This document shows positions 1-9,594 of a stretch of DNA of 51,169 bases, one piece after another. The position numbers were made by a program, and so were the translations under genes. The notes under the pieces were generated by a model that worked only from the letters and a program-made list of their open reading frames with translations, did not search any database and was not told the origin of the DNA. This DNA is from an uncultured Gammaproteobacteria bacterium. GTDB lineage: Bacteria > Pseudomonadota > Gammaproteobacteria > UBA9214. Position 1 is the first letter of the stretch. Each line of letters opens with the position of its first letter. Location: the NCBI GenBank assembly GCA_963827755.1, contig CAWHCQ010000039.1, forward strand, positions 1 to 51,169, written 5' to 3'.

Positions 1-420
1 ACCGTGTATGTCGCGCACAATCGCCTGACTTTCCTCGAGTTGTTCCTGCGGGGTCCGGCCGTCAACGGATGGCGTGCGGATACCGGCAGCGATTTGCTGT
101 TTAAGGCCGCCGACCCGTTTCATGAAGAATTCATCGAGATTGGCACTGACGATCGCGACGAACTTGACGCGTTCCAGCAGGGGGGTGGCATCATCAGCGG
201 CCATGTGCAGTACACGGCGATTGAATTCCAGCCAGGTCAGTTCCCGGTTCAGGTAGAGTTCCGGATTATCCAGATCGGTCCTGGCGGCAGATTTCGAACG
301 TGCCGGCACCGCGGTTTTCTTCGCCGCGCGCGGGCGGGCTGAAGCCGTTTTCTTGCGGCTCTGCGGGCTGGCGGGCCTGCGTTTGACCGGTGTTTTTCGT
401 TGCCCGACGGGTTTATCCAT
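1..420 (-). CDS. ppk1: Polyphosphate kinase 1, N-terminal part (runs off the left edge of the window)
   Basis: Manual translation from ATG at 420: [24 protein letters not shown]...[65 protein letters not shown]...DGRTPQEQL. NRELxWLxFNxRVL and NLDEFFMxRV are PPK1 signatures. GGAG upstream. Not in the ORF track because no stop lies in the window. Confidence 0.95.
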   Translation of the reverse strand, partial: MDKPVGQRKTPVKRRPASPQSRKKTASARPRAAKKTAVPARSKSAARTDLDNPELYLNRELTWLEFNRRVLHMAADDATPLLERVKFVAIVSANLDEFFMKRVGGLKQQIAAGIRTPSVDGRTPQEQLEESQAIVRDIHG

Positions 421-480
421 GGTTCCGTTGTCTCCCTGTGATTTGGCCGGCAATCGTATCAGCTTATAATGACGTATTGA

Positions 481-494
481 TTGACCCGTATCAA
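481..494. promoter_or_regulatory. FNR/ANR/CRP-family box candidate TTGACCCGTATCAA
   Basis: One mismatch to TTGAT-N4-ATCAA, in the divergent intergenic region between ppk1 and the CNNM genes. Confidence 0.5.
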
Positions 495-586
495 GTATAT
501 GCAGCTTGCATGCTGTTAATCTGCCCAATTCGACCTCGGGATGTTTGGCGAATCGGGGCGTGCTGGGGCAATCCGGGTGTAGGTCA

Positions 587-2133
587 ATGGAAAGTATTCT
601 GCAGGAAATATTTCAGCACTGGGAATCCATCAAGGCGTTCTTTGTCTTTGATACCGCGCGCCTGGCAGAACCCGATATGATCGTCCGCCTGGGTATCCAG
701 GGGCTGCTGCTGTTTGGCTCTGCTTTTTTTTCCGGGTCGGAAACCGCGTTGTTCTCCCTCTCCCGACTGGACCTGCAGAAACTCCGCCGGGAACGCAACC
801 GCCACACCGAGACCCTGCATGCCCTGCTGGATCAGCCCCGGCGGCTGATTATTTCCATCCTCTGCGGCAATGAACTGGTCAACATTGCGGCTGCCGCAAA
901 CATGACGGGGATACTGGTTAGTCTGTACAGCGTCGAACGTGCCGGCTTGATCAGTGTGCTGGTGATGGTGCCTTTGCTGCTGTTGTTTGGCGAGGTAACC
1001 CCGAAGACCATCTCGGTGTCGAATCCGGTGCGTGTCAGCACCGGGCTGGTTGCGACCCCCATGAGCCTGTGGGTCAGGCTGATCGCGCCGCTGGTCTGGG
1101 TGATTCGCAGCATTGCCGACCGTATCACCACCCTGATTGTCGGCGAGGAAAAAGCCGCCGATAATATTCTGCATCTTGACGAGTTCAAAACCCTGGTGGA
1201 GGAGGTTGCCAAGGACGGGGAGCTCAATGCAACCGAGCGCGCCCTGATTTACAACCTGCTGGAGGCGGGGGATACGGAAGTCGTCGAGATCATGACCCCG
1301 CGAACGCGCACGGCATTTCTCAATGCGGAGATGACGGTGCCGGAAATGATCGAGCTGTTTCGCGACTACCGCCATCCACGGGTTCCAGTATTCCGGGAGC
1401 ACCGTGACAACCTTGTCGGCTTTGTCCATGCCGAGGATGTCCTTCGGCTGGTGCTGGACGATAACGATCTGACGTCACTGGAACCGGCTGACATCATGCA
1501 CTCGCCGGTGGTGGTACCTCTCACCAAAAAAGTTGACGAAATGTTCGACTTCTTTACGGCCAATAATGCCCGCGCCGCGGCTGTCCTGAACGAGTTTGGC
1601 GGGGTCGAGGGCTTCGTCACCATGAAAGATGTGCTGACATTTATATTCGGCCAGATTTCCGGTGATGTCGAGGGCCAGGAGTTGTATCGCGAGCGCGACG
1701 AAGATGCCTACGAGGTCGACGGGGACATGAAGCTGACTGATTTCAATAACCTGAGCAATTTCGGGATTGACGATCCGCGCATGACAACCATCGGCGGTGT
1801 GGCGTTCCGGCACCTGGACCGGTTGCCCAGGGTTGGCGACAGTATCAGTATCGAAGATATCAGCATTACCGTCCTGGATATGGATGAACACCGGATTGCG
1901 CGCGTCAGGGTAAGCCGCGGTAACCGGGGGGATGAGGCAGTTGCCACGGGCGTCCCGGCTGAGCAACAGGCGCGGATGACGGGCAGGTGGAACCGCCCGA
2001 TGACAGCGTGGCCGGGCCGGATGGTGGTAATGACACGACGGTGCCCGGTGAGTCGTTCAATGATGAGACGCATTCCGGACCCGTCGGGGCAGTGGATGCA
2101 GACAGCAACCCTGAGCGGAAGGCCGTTCACTGA
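587..2133 (+). CDS. CNNM/CorC-HlyC (hemolysin family) Mg2+ transporter, paralog 1: DUF21 + CBS pair + CorC_HlyC + acidic tail; apparent frameshift near 1965
   Basis: [45 protein letters not shown] motifs. After ~1965 an alternative frame reads [12 protein letters not shown]...NPERKAVH* (TGA 2131-2133), ending just before the RBS of the next gene. The track ORF 506..2629 is a read-through artefact. Confidence 0.88.
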
Positions 2134-2150
2134 GGCCTGGAGAAACGATT

Positions 2151-3410
2151 ATGGATTTTCTGATTTTATTCCTGGTGATGGTGCTCCTCCTCCTGCTGAA
2201 GGGGTTCTTCTCGGGTTCGGAAATAGCCCTTGTAAACTCGGACAAGTTCAAGATGCATCACAAGGCGAACCAGGGGCACCGGGGGGCGAAGCTGGTGCTC
2301 AGGCTGTTCGAGACACCGGATGTACTGTTGGGTACTACACTGGTCGGAACCAACATCGCAACCATTATCCTGACGACCCTGGGCACGATGCTGATGATCC
2401 GCTCGTTCGGCCAGTTGGGCGACCTCTACGCGGTATTGCTGTTTACCCCGCTGTTCCTGGTGCTGGGCGAAATCGTGCCCAAGAGTGTCTACCAGCAGAA
2501 ATCCAACGAGATCGCGCCAGTGATCGTCTATCCCTTGCAGGTATTCTCCATATTGTTCTACCCGCTCGTGTTCGTCTTTTCACGCATCGCCCGTTTCTGC
2601 GCGCGCCTCGCGGGTGGCGGCAAGGGTGAACAGAATGTATTTATTACCCGGGAACAGATGCGGATGGTGGTGGATATGGCCGAACGCGGGGCCAATGTGG
2701 ATGTCTTTGACCGCGTACGCATCAAGCGTGTCATCCGCTTTGCGGAGACCTCGGTTGGCGAGGCCATGATCCCGGTTGCCGATATAACGGCGATCAATCG
2801 CAACCGCGACGCCCGCAATGCCCTTACCCTGGTACGCAGGCGCGGCTATAACCGGCTCCCGGTGTATACCGGGAATATCAGCAATATCGTGGGCGTCGTC
2901 ACACTGACGACCTGGGACCTGATGGACCCGGAACTGCCTGACCGCCCCCTGGAGGAGCTCATCAAGCCGGCACACTATGTTTCACCCTACCAGACGATCG
3001 ACCAGTTGCTGCCCGTTTTGCGTAACCGGGATGATCACATGGCCATCGTGGTGGATGAATTCGGTTCGGCTGTTGGCATGATTACCATGGAAGATATCCT
3101 CGAAGAGGTCGTTGGTGAAATCGATGTCGGTTATGACTTCGAGGAATATCTTCCGCGACGAAAACGTATTTATGAAATGCTCGATGAAGAGACTTACCTG
3201 ATGGATGCGCGCCTGGCTATTTCTGAAGTCAACGAATTACTTGGCACCAGTCTGCCGGCCGTGGAATCACATACCATCGGTGGCCTGATGATGGCCCGGC
3301 TGCGTCATATTCCCGCCGAAGGAGAGTCCATTGTGGAAGCAGGCTTCAGGTTTACGGCAACAGAGGCAACTGACCGGGCTGTCGTGAAGTTGCGGGTTGA
3401 GCCGGCGTGA
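2151..3410 (+). CDS. CNNM/CorC-HlyC (hemolysin family) transporter, paralog 2
   Basis: GFFSGSEIALV, GEIVPKS, GYNRLPVY, AIVVDEFGSAVGMITMEDILEEVVGEI, HTIGG; GGAG RBS. Confidence 0.93.
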   Translation: MDFLILFLVMVLLLLLKGFFSGSEIALVNSDKFKMHHKANQGHRGAKLVLRLFETPDVLLGTTLVGTNIATIILTTLGTMLMIRSFGQLGDLYAVLLFTPLFLVLGEIVPKSVYQQKSNEIAPVIVYPLQVFSILFYPLVFVFSRIARFCARLAGGGKGEQNVFITREQMRMVVDMAERGANVDVFDRVRIKRVIRFAETSVGEAMIPVADITAINRNRDARNALTLVRRRGYNRLPVYTGNISNIVGVVTLTTWDLMDPELPDRPLEELIKPAHYVSPYQTIDQLLPVLRNRDDHMAIVVDEFGSAVGMITMEDILEEVVGEIDVGYDFEEYLPRRKRIYEMLDEETYLMDARLAISEVNELLGTSLPAVESHTIGGLMMARLRHIPAEGESIVEAGFRFTATEATDRAVVKLRVEPA

Positions 3411-3463
3411 ATGCCGCAGCCATTGACCACGGACGCAGGTAACAAACGGGTGGGGGGCGAACC

Positions 3464-3742
3464 ATGACAGATTCATCTGACGAAGAAGGCGTCATTCTGG
3501 CGCTTATCGATCGATTCGAGAAACAGCGGCTTCCCAGGCTTCAGGCGCTCAAGAAGAAGACCGACGATGGCGAGTTGCTGAGCGAGGGCGATATTAACTT
3601 TCTCGACAAGGTTATTCACGATGCCCAGCAGAGCAAGCATTTAATAGACCGGCATCCCGAATGGCATTCGTTTTGTTCGAGGGTAGTGCACCTCTATGAA
3701 ACGATTACGGAGAATGCCCTGAAGAACGAAAAGGGTTCATAG
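3464..3742 (+). CDS. Small alpha-helical hypothetical protein (92 aa)
   Basis: Clean ORF with G-rich RBS, amphipathic charged helical pattern (RFEKQRLPRLQALKKK...YETITENALKNE), co-oriented with the CNNM pair. Confidence 0.75.
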   Translation: MTDSSDEEGVILALIDRFEKQRLPRLQALKKKTDDGELLSEGDINFLDKVIHDAQQSKHLIDRHPEWHSFCSRVVHLYETITENALKNEKGS

Positions 3743-4186
3743 CTCGCAGACTGTTACGGGGCTTTGCCCTGTTGCCGGTCTGCACGCATTGTATACACCG
3801 GCATTTATGCCAGCCACGCATGCATTGCCTCAGTGCTTTCTCCTGTTCGCTGCGACGGATGCTCTCCATCAGTCCGGGAAATCTGTTGTCGAGGAAATGC
3901 CTCATGTGAATGCCCCCTGGTTTACTGTTCACCGGTGTGAGTATTTTCGGGCTTTATTCCACCCTTGTAACACGACCGCAGCCACTCTCAATGGATTATA
4001 GAATGCCCGGAGCGAATTGCCACTCGACTGTTTTTGGCGCTGTCGTGAAGGTACTATCCGTACCCCGCAAGCCGGGTGAAGAAAATTCACAAAGAAGCAG
4101 AAATACAGGGTCCGCTCCGGTTTTGCTGGCCCATGCAATATGCCATACTCCTCGGCCACGGGTGATATGAAAACAAGGGTCGGGAT

Positions 4187-5011
4187 ATGAAAAACAAGCG
4201 TTACCGTAAAAAAAAGACCATGGCGGAACTGGCAGACCGGCATGTCCTCTATGAAAAGTCTGTCCAGGATGTCGCTGCAGAATATAATTTCGTCAGCAAG
4301 ACCTTCCGCAAATTGCGTGGCCGGCGTCCCAGGCATATGCGCGAGGATTTTTGCGGCACCGCCGGTATGTGCTGTGAATGGGTCAGGCGCAGCAGGAAGA
4401 ATACCGCCATCGGCGTGGATATCGACCAGGAGGTTCTCGCATGGGGGCGGAAACACAACCTGTCCCGATTGAAGCCGGATGCGCGCCTGCGAATCAGCCT
4501 GCTGCAGGAGGACGTCTGCGAGGTGCAAACAGCCAGGCCTGCAGATGTAGTGCTGGCCATGAATTTCAGTTACCAGCTGTTCATAACGCGCAAGAAACTG
4601 GGCGGATACTTCCGCAAGGTGCGCGAGGCGCTTGACAAGGACGGCATTTTCTTCATGGATGCTTTCGGTGGCTATGAGGCCTATCAGGAAATCAAGGAGA
4701 AGCGCAAGTTCAAGGGTTTCAAGTACATCTGGGAACATGCAAGCTATAACCCGATAGACGGCAATATGCGCTGTCACATCCATTTCGCCTTTCCGGACGG
4801 GTCGAAAATGAAGAAGGCTTTTACCTATGACTGGCGCCTGTGGAGTTTGCCGGAACTGCGCGAGCTTCTTGACGAGGCCGGTTTTTCAAAGGTGACTGTT
4901 TACTGGGAGGAGACCGATTCGAAGACCGGCGAGGGAACCGGCGTTTATTCACCGGCCACTGTCGGTGATGCAGACCCGGGATGGGTATGTTTCCTGCTGG
5001 CAGAAAAATAA
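4187..5011 (+). CDS. Class I SAM-dependent methyltransferase
   Basis: REDFCGTAG (motif I variant), GVDID (motif II), QEDV, DVVLAMNFSY, DGIFFMD. Confidence 0.85.
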   Translation: MKNKRYRKKKTMAELADRHVLYEKSVQDVAAEYNFVSKTFRKLRGRRPRHMREDFCGTAGMCCEWVRRSRKNTAIGVDIDQEVLAWGRKHNLSRLKPDARLRISLLQEDVCEVQTARPADVVLAMNFSYQLFITRKKLGGYFRKVREALDKDGIFFMDAFGGYEAYQEIKEKRKFKGFKYIWEHASYNPIDGNMRCHIHFAFPDGSKMKKAFTYDWRLWSLPELRELLDEAGFSKVTVYWEETDSKTGEGTGVYSPATVGDADPGWVCFLLAEK

Positions 5012-5057
5012 CCGGTGCGTGATCAGGCAGGACACCTGATTTGCATATAATGTAAAA

Positions 5058-6248
5058 ATGGCAAAGTTAATCGTCATCAAACTGCCTGAAGGCGACCGCT
5101 CGCCTTTTCTGAGGGGGATACTGGTCCAGTCCCTGGTAAACACCGGTCTCAGCTTCGATGTTGCCTATAAGCTTGCCAGGGAAATAAGAGATGAGCTGAA
5201 GGACAGGCAGGAGATTGAGAGCACTGAACTGAAGGGCAGGGTCGGCGAGTTGCTGGAGCAGCGACACGGGAGCGACAAGCGGAAACTCTACGATGCCGGC
5301 CCCGGCAATGAACCCGGTATCATCGTGCACACGCCCACTCGCAGTTTACCCTTTTCTGCAGGCGTACTGGCGCACTCACTGGAAACCTGTGCCATCCCTC
5401 CGGAGATGGCCATGCAGGGCGCGCGCAAGGTGCTTGTGCAATTGCAAGCGACAGGTCATCGGGAAATTGACCACAAGGCACTGCGGCGTGTGGTACACAG
5501 GTGTCTGTATGAACACTGTTCGCACGAAGCAGCTGATCGCTACCTGTCATGGCGCCGGTTTGAAAACAGCGGCATACCCCTCATCGTATTGATTGGCGGC
5601 ACCACCGGCAGCGGCAAAAGCACAATAGCTTCGGAACTGGCCTATCGACTGGATATTCCCCGTCACCAGTCAACAGACATGATGCGCGAGATAATTCGCG
5701 CCTACCTGTCTCCGCAGATGGTTCCCACCCTGGGTTATTCAAGCTTTGAAGCCTGGCGCGGTCTGCCGGGATCCGCCGATGCAGCCGGGCCATCCGTTGA
5801 AAACCCGGTGATTAGCGGTTTTCTCTCCCAGTTTGGCGCAATGAGACTGGCACTGGAAGCAACCATTGGCCGCGCCATCGAAGAAAGGCACCACCTGATA
5901 CTGGAAGGTGTCCACGTGGTGCCAACAGAATTGAACCTCGATGAGAAGCAGGGCGAGGCTGTCATCATCCCCATTATCCTCGCCAGTATTGAAAAGAAAT
6001 TATTGCAAAAACAGCTTAAACGGCGTGGCCGTGAAAAAGACAAACGCCAGGCCTCGCATTACCTGAAAAATGTGGATGCAATCTGGGAGCTGCAATCCTG
6101 GTTGCTGAATGAAGCGGACCGGGCCGGGATTCGTATTATTGAAAACTGGTACATCGAGGATACCGTGCGTGCTGCACTGGATATTATTATCGGGGAGTTG
6201 ATGAAACTTTTCCCCTCACAACCGGATGATAAGGTATGGGATGTGTAA
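5058..6248 (+). CDS. Two ATP-cone-like domains fused to a 2-phosphoglycerate-kinase-like (COG2074) P-loop kinase
   Basis: Two repeats of PFxxGxLxxSL (PFLRGILVQSL; PFSAGVLAHSL), then LIVLIGGTTGSGKSTIASELAYRL, STDMMREIIR, PTLGYSSFEAW and LILEGVHVVP, which are typical of 2PGK-family kinases. Confidence 0.8.
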   Translation: MAKLIVIKLPEGDRSPFLRGILVQSLVNTGLSFDVAYKLAREIRDELKDRQEIESTELKGRVGELLEQRHGSDKRKLYDAGPGNEPGIIVHTPTRSLPFSAGVLAHSLETCAIPPEMAMQGARKVLVQLQATGHREIDHKALRRVVHRCLYEHCSHEAADRYLSWRRFENSGIPLIVLIGGTTGSGKSTIASELAYRLDIPRHQSTDMMREIIRAYLSPQMVPTLGYSSFEAWRGLPGSADAAGPSVENPVISGFLSQFGAMRLALEATIGRAIEERHHLILEGVHVVPTELNLDEKQGEAVIIPIILASIEKKLLQKQLKRRGREKDKRQASHYLKNVDAIWELQSWLLNEADRAGIRIIENWYIEDTVRAALDIIIGELMKLFPSQPDDKVWDV

Positions 6249-6391
6249 CAAACTGGCCGATCATTCTCGCTGCCGGTAGAAGAAATCCTGCGACGATGAT
6301 ACAGAGCGCGGAAATGCCTTTTGTCGCCAGCACTGCCGGGGTGCAGGTTCCTTTACTTTTCTTGCTGTTTGGCCGGGCGGGACCTGTACTG

Positions 6392-6874
6392 ATGCCACTG
6401 GAGATAGAACGGAAATTTCTGGTCAGGGGGGAAGGCTGGCGCACTCACGCGGAAGGAATTCCCTACCGGCAGGGTTACCTTTCCACCGAGCCGGCACGTA
6501 GCGTCCGGGTAAGGCTGATCCGGGACAAGGGCTATCTCACGATCAAGGGGCTTGCTGTCGGTGCCACGCGGGTCGAATACGAATATGAGATCCCGGCAGA
6601 GGAGGCCGGCGAGATGCTGGATAATCTCTGTAAGCACCCATTGATAGAAAAAACCCGTTACCGGGTCGAGCACCGGGGTCTGACCTGGGAAATCGACGAA
6701 TTCGACGGGGACAATACCGGACTGATCATCGCCGAAGTGGAGCTTGATGCCGAAGACCAGGCCATCAGTCTGCCAGACTGGGCCGGTGACGAGGTTACCG
6801 GCGACACACGCTACTATAATTCAAGCCTGATAGCCTGTCCTTTCACGCGCTGGCCACTGGAAAACAAGCATTGA
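6392..6874 (+). CDS. CYTH domain protein (triphosphate tunnel metalloenzyme, probable inorganic triphosphatase)
   Basis: EIERKFL (ExExK), QGYL, VRVRL, YLTIKG, EYEYEIP, IEKTRY, WEIDEF, IAEVEL, EVTGDxRYYN. Start placed at ATG 6392. Confidence 0.93.
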   Translation: MPLEIERKFLVRGEGWRTHAEGIPYRQGYLSTEPARSVRVRLIRDKGYLTIKGLAVGATRVEYEYEIPAEEAGEMLDNLCKHPLIEKTRYRVEHRGLTWEIDEFDGDNTGLIIAEVELDAEDQAISLPDWAGDEVTGDTRYYNSSLIACPFTRWPLENKH

Positions 6875-6963
6875 GTTTACGCGCGGGCATCTGTACGCGG
6901 CCGGCTATCCAGGTCCATGAGTAACCCTTTTCTGAACAGTATCAGTCACAACCGTTGCCCGTA

Positions 6964-8298
6964 ATGGCGAAACCGATGGACATTGATAAACCCCGGCCGG
7001 AGGCGCATCTCCTGGCGGGGGACAATGCTCACGTCTGGCACCCCTACAGCGCGATCGGTAGCGGGATGCCCGTATTCCCGGTGGACTCTGCCGACGGTGT
7101 GCGTATCAAGCTGGTGGACGGGCGTGAACTCATCGATGGCATGGCCTCCTGGTGGTGCGCAATCCATGGTTATAACCAGGCACAAATCAACCGGGCGATC
7201 GAGGCCCAGCTGAAAAAAATGGCGCATGTCATGTTCGGCGGACTGACGCACGGCCCGGCCGTCGAGCTCGCCGAACAACTGGTGGCGCTGACTCCGGCGC
7301 CCCTGCAGTCTGTCTTCTTTTCCGATTCCGGCTCGGTTGCCGTTGAGGTTGCCATGAAAATGGCGATCCAGTACTGGGCGGCAAAGGGAGCCGGCAGCAG
7401 GAACCGCTTCGTTTCCCTGCTGCACGGATACCACGGCGATACGCTGGGTGCCATGTCGGTATGTGATCCGGTCAATGGTATGCACAGCCTGTTTGCGGAG
7501 GTCTTGCCGAAACAGATATTTATCGATGCTCCTGACTGTCGTTTCGGTGAACCGTGCAGCGATGCAGCGATGCAACCCATGATCGATGCGTTAACCGGGC
7601 ATGATGGTAAAATCGCAGCCGTAATTCTCGAACCGATCGTACAGGGTGCAGGCGGAATGCGTTTCTATTCGGCAGATTATCTGCGCCGGGTGCGGGCATT
7701 ATGTGACCGTCACGGGGTGTTGCTGATTGCAGACGAGATTGCGACGGGGTTCGGCCGGACCGGGAAGCTGTTCGCCTGTGAGCATGCCGGCATCGCCCCG
7801 GACATCATGTGCCTCGGAAAGGCACTTACCGGGGGTTACATGACGCTGGCCGCCACCCTGGCCACCCGCGAAATCAGCACTGCCATCTCGCAAGGCAAGC
7901 CTGGCCTGTTCATGCACGGACCTACTTTCATGGCCAATCCACTGGCCTGTGCCACGGCACTGGCCAGCGTGCGCCTGTTGCTTGACTCGCCCTGGCAGGC
8001 GCGTGTGCAGCACATCGAGCAGGGCCTGCGTAACGGGCTGGCGCCCTGCAGACGTTACCCGCATGTGACCGATGTGCGTGTACTGGGCGCAATTGGCGTT
8101 GTTGAGCTGGAGCAGGCGATTGATCTTAAGCGGCTGCAGCCCCTGTTTGTGGAGCAGGGTGTCTGGGTAAGACCCTTTGGCAGGCTGGTTTACCTGATGC
8201 CGGCATTTATCATCAATGATGCCGATCTTCTGAAATTGACGGATGCAGTCACCAGGGTGGTGGGTTCGGTCATGCAGGTCGTGAATGAGCGGGCATAA
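6964..8298 (+). CDS. bioA: Adenosylmethionine-8-amino-7-oxononanoate transaminase
   Basis: VWHPY, DGMASWWCAIHGY, DSGSVAVEVAMKMA, GYHGDT, LIADEIATGFGRTG, GKALTGG, HGPTFMANPLAC. Start may instead be 6976. Confidence 0.96.
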   Translation: MAKPMDIDKPRPEAHLLAGDNAHVWHPYSAIGSGMPVFPVDSADGVRIKLVDGRELIDGMASWWCAIHGYNQAQINRAIEAQLKKMAHVMFGGLTHGPAVELAEQLVALTPAPLQSVFFSDSGSVAVEVAMKMAIQYWAAKGAGSRNRFVSLLHGYHGDTLGAMSVCDPVNGMHSLFAEVLPKQIFIDAPDCRFGEPCSDAAMQPMIDALTGHDGKIAAVILEPIVQGAGGMRFYSADYLRRVRALCDRHGVLLIADEIATGFGRTGKLFACEHAGIAPDIMCLGKALTGGYMTLAATLATREISTAISQGKPGLFMHGPTFMANPLACATALASVRLLLDSPWQARVQHIEQGLRNGLAPCRRYPHVTDVRVLGAIGVVELEQAIDLKRLQPLFVEQGVWVRPFGRLVYLMPAFIINDADLLKLTDAVTRVVGSVMQVVNERA

Positions 8299-8315
8299 CT
8301 GCGGCAAGATGTATC

Positions 8316-9485
8316 CTAGTCTTTGCGCAACCGGTCGCTGACTGCGATCGGTGTCGGATAGCTCAGCATAATAAGATAGGACGACACCATGAACGTCATC
8401 AGCGTGGATGCCTGGATCAGGTAGGACGCCCGCGTGCCTATAGCGCCTGCATTCAGGGCCAGCACGGCGATCAACAGGGAGAACTCGCTCACCTGCCCCA
8501 GGCGCACGCCGATTTCATTTGACAGGCTCTTTGATTCACCCGAGCCTCTGAGCAATCCTGAAAATATCAGGGGTTTGGCGGTGAGCATCAGTATTGCCAG
8601 GATCGCAGCGGGGAAAGCTATATCGGGCAGCATGCTGATGTTGAAGCTTGCACCCAGCGAGAAGAAAAACATGATCAGGAAGAAATCCCGCAGCGGTTTG
8701 AAGCTTTCTGAAATAAACAGTGCAATCGGGCTCGCTGCCAGCGAGACACCGGCTATAAAGGCGCCGATTTCGTAGGACAGCCCCATCGTTTTTGCAAGTT
8801 GGGCCATGCCAAGACACCAGCCGATAGAAGTCAGGAATACATATTCCTGGATGGTGTCAAAGCGTTGCATGAGCCGCTGCAGAATATGCCTCTCAAACAG
8901 CAGCGACCCGAGGATCAGGACCGGTACTGAAACCCCCAGGATACCTATCTGTTTCCATTCCACGCCTGTCTGCGAGAAACCTTCCAGGAATAACAGGATG
9001 CCGATGGCGATAATATCCTGCAGCAGCAGGATGCTGATCATGACCTGGCCGACATGACGATGGTGAAGGGCAGTGGTGGGGAGCAGTTTCAGTCCGATGA
9101 TGGTGCTTGAAAACATCATTGCAGCGCCAATCAGGAGACACTCGGTCAACAGGAACCCGAAGGCCCGGCTTATCAGGAAACCAACGACTGCAAAGCTCAA
9201 CGAGCTGACAACGGTGACCACGGTTGCTTTACGGAACATATGCAGCAGTTGTGCAGGTTGCAGGTTGAGCCCGAGCAGGAACAGCAGGAATATGATACCG
9301 ATGTGTCCGATTTGCTGGATGATCGAGGCATCATCAACCAGGCTGAGACCCCACGGCCCGAGCAGGCCACCGAGCACGATATAGGCAACCAGCAGGGACT
9401 GACGTGCAAACAGCGCAATTCCGGCAAGGATGGCAGCGCCGGTAAAGATCAGAAAGATCGAGAAGATAATGGGATCATCAAGCAT
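8316..9485 (-). CDS. CPA2-family monovalent cation:proton antiporter (KefB/C-like membrane domain, no KTN domain)
   Basis: About 12 hydrophobic segments; GIIFLLFLLGL, FSSTIIGLKLL, ILLLQDI, GAFIAG, LGQVSEFS. Confidence 0.9.
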   Translation of the reverse strand: MLDDPIIFSIFLIFTGAAILAGIALFARQSLLVAYIVLGGLLGPWGLSLVDDASIIQQIGHIGIIFLLFLLGLNLQPAQLLHMFRKATVVTVVSSLSFAVVGFLISRAFGFLLTECLLIGAAMMFSSTIIGLKLLPTTALHHRHVGQVMISILLLQDIIAIGILLFLEGFSQTGVEWKQIGILGVSVPVLILGSLLFERHILQRLMQRFDTIQEYVFLTSIGWCLGMAQLAKTMGLSYEIGAFIAGVSLAASPIALFISESFKPLRDFFLIMFFFSLGASFNISMLPDIAFPAAILAILMLTAKPLIFSGLLRGSGESKSLSNEIGVRLGQVSEFSLLIAVLALNAGAIGTRASYLIQASTLMTFMVSSYLIMLSYPTPIAVSDRLRKD

Positions 9486-9538
9486 CGCCGGTCAATGCTA
9501 TAGCCGGCAACCGGCAAAAGAAAGCCCCGCGTCGAAGC

Positions 9539-9570
9539 AAAAAAAAGGGCCGAGAAGATCTCAGCCCTTT
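9539..9570 (-). terminator. Rho-independent terminator of the lapB-lapC-luxR-lapE unit
   Basis: On the minus strand GGGCTGAGA-TCT-TCTCGGCCC followed by a T run, just downstream of the TolC-family stop. Confidence 0.75.
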
Positions 9571-9594
9571 ATGGATGTTATGTCTGCAGGTCGT

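Noticed and set aside
4-342. Plus-strand 112-aa ORF
   Set aside because: Antisense shadow of ppk1, which has clear signatures on the minus strand.
506-2629. 707-aa CNNM ORF overlapping the next gene
   Set aside because: The C-terminal ~220 aa are off-frame read-through after an indel; the alternative frame ends cleanly at 2133.
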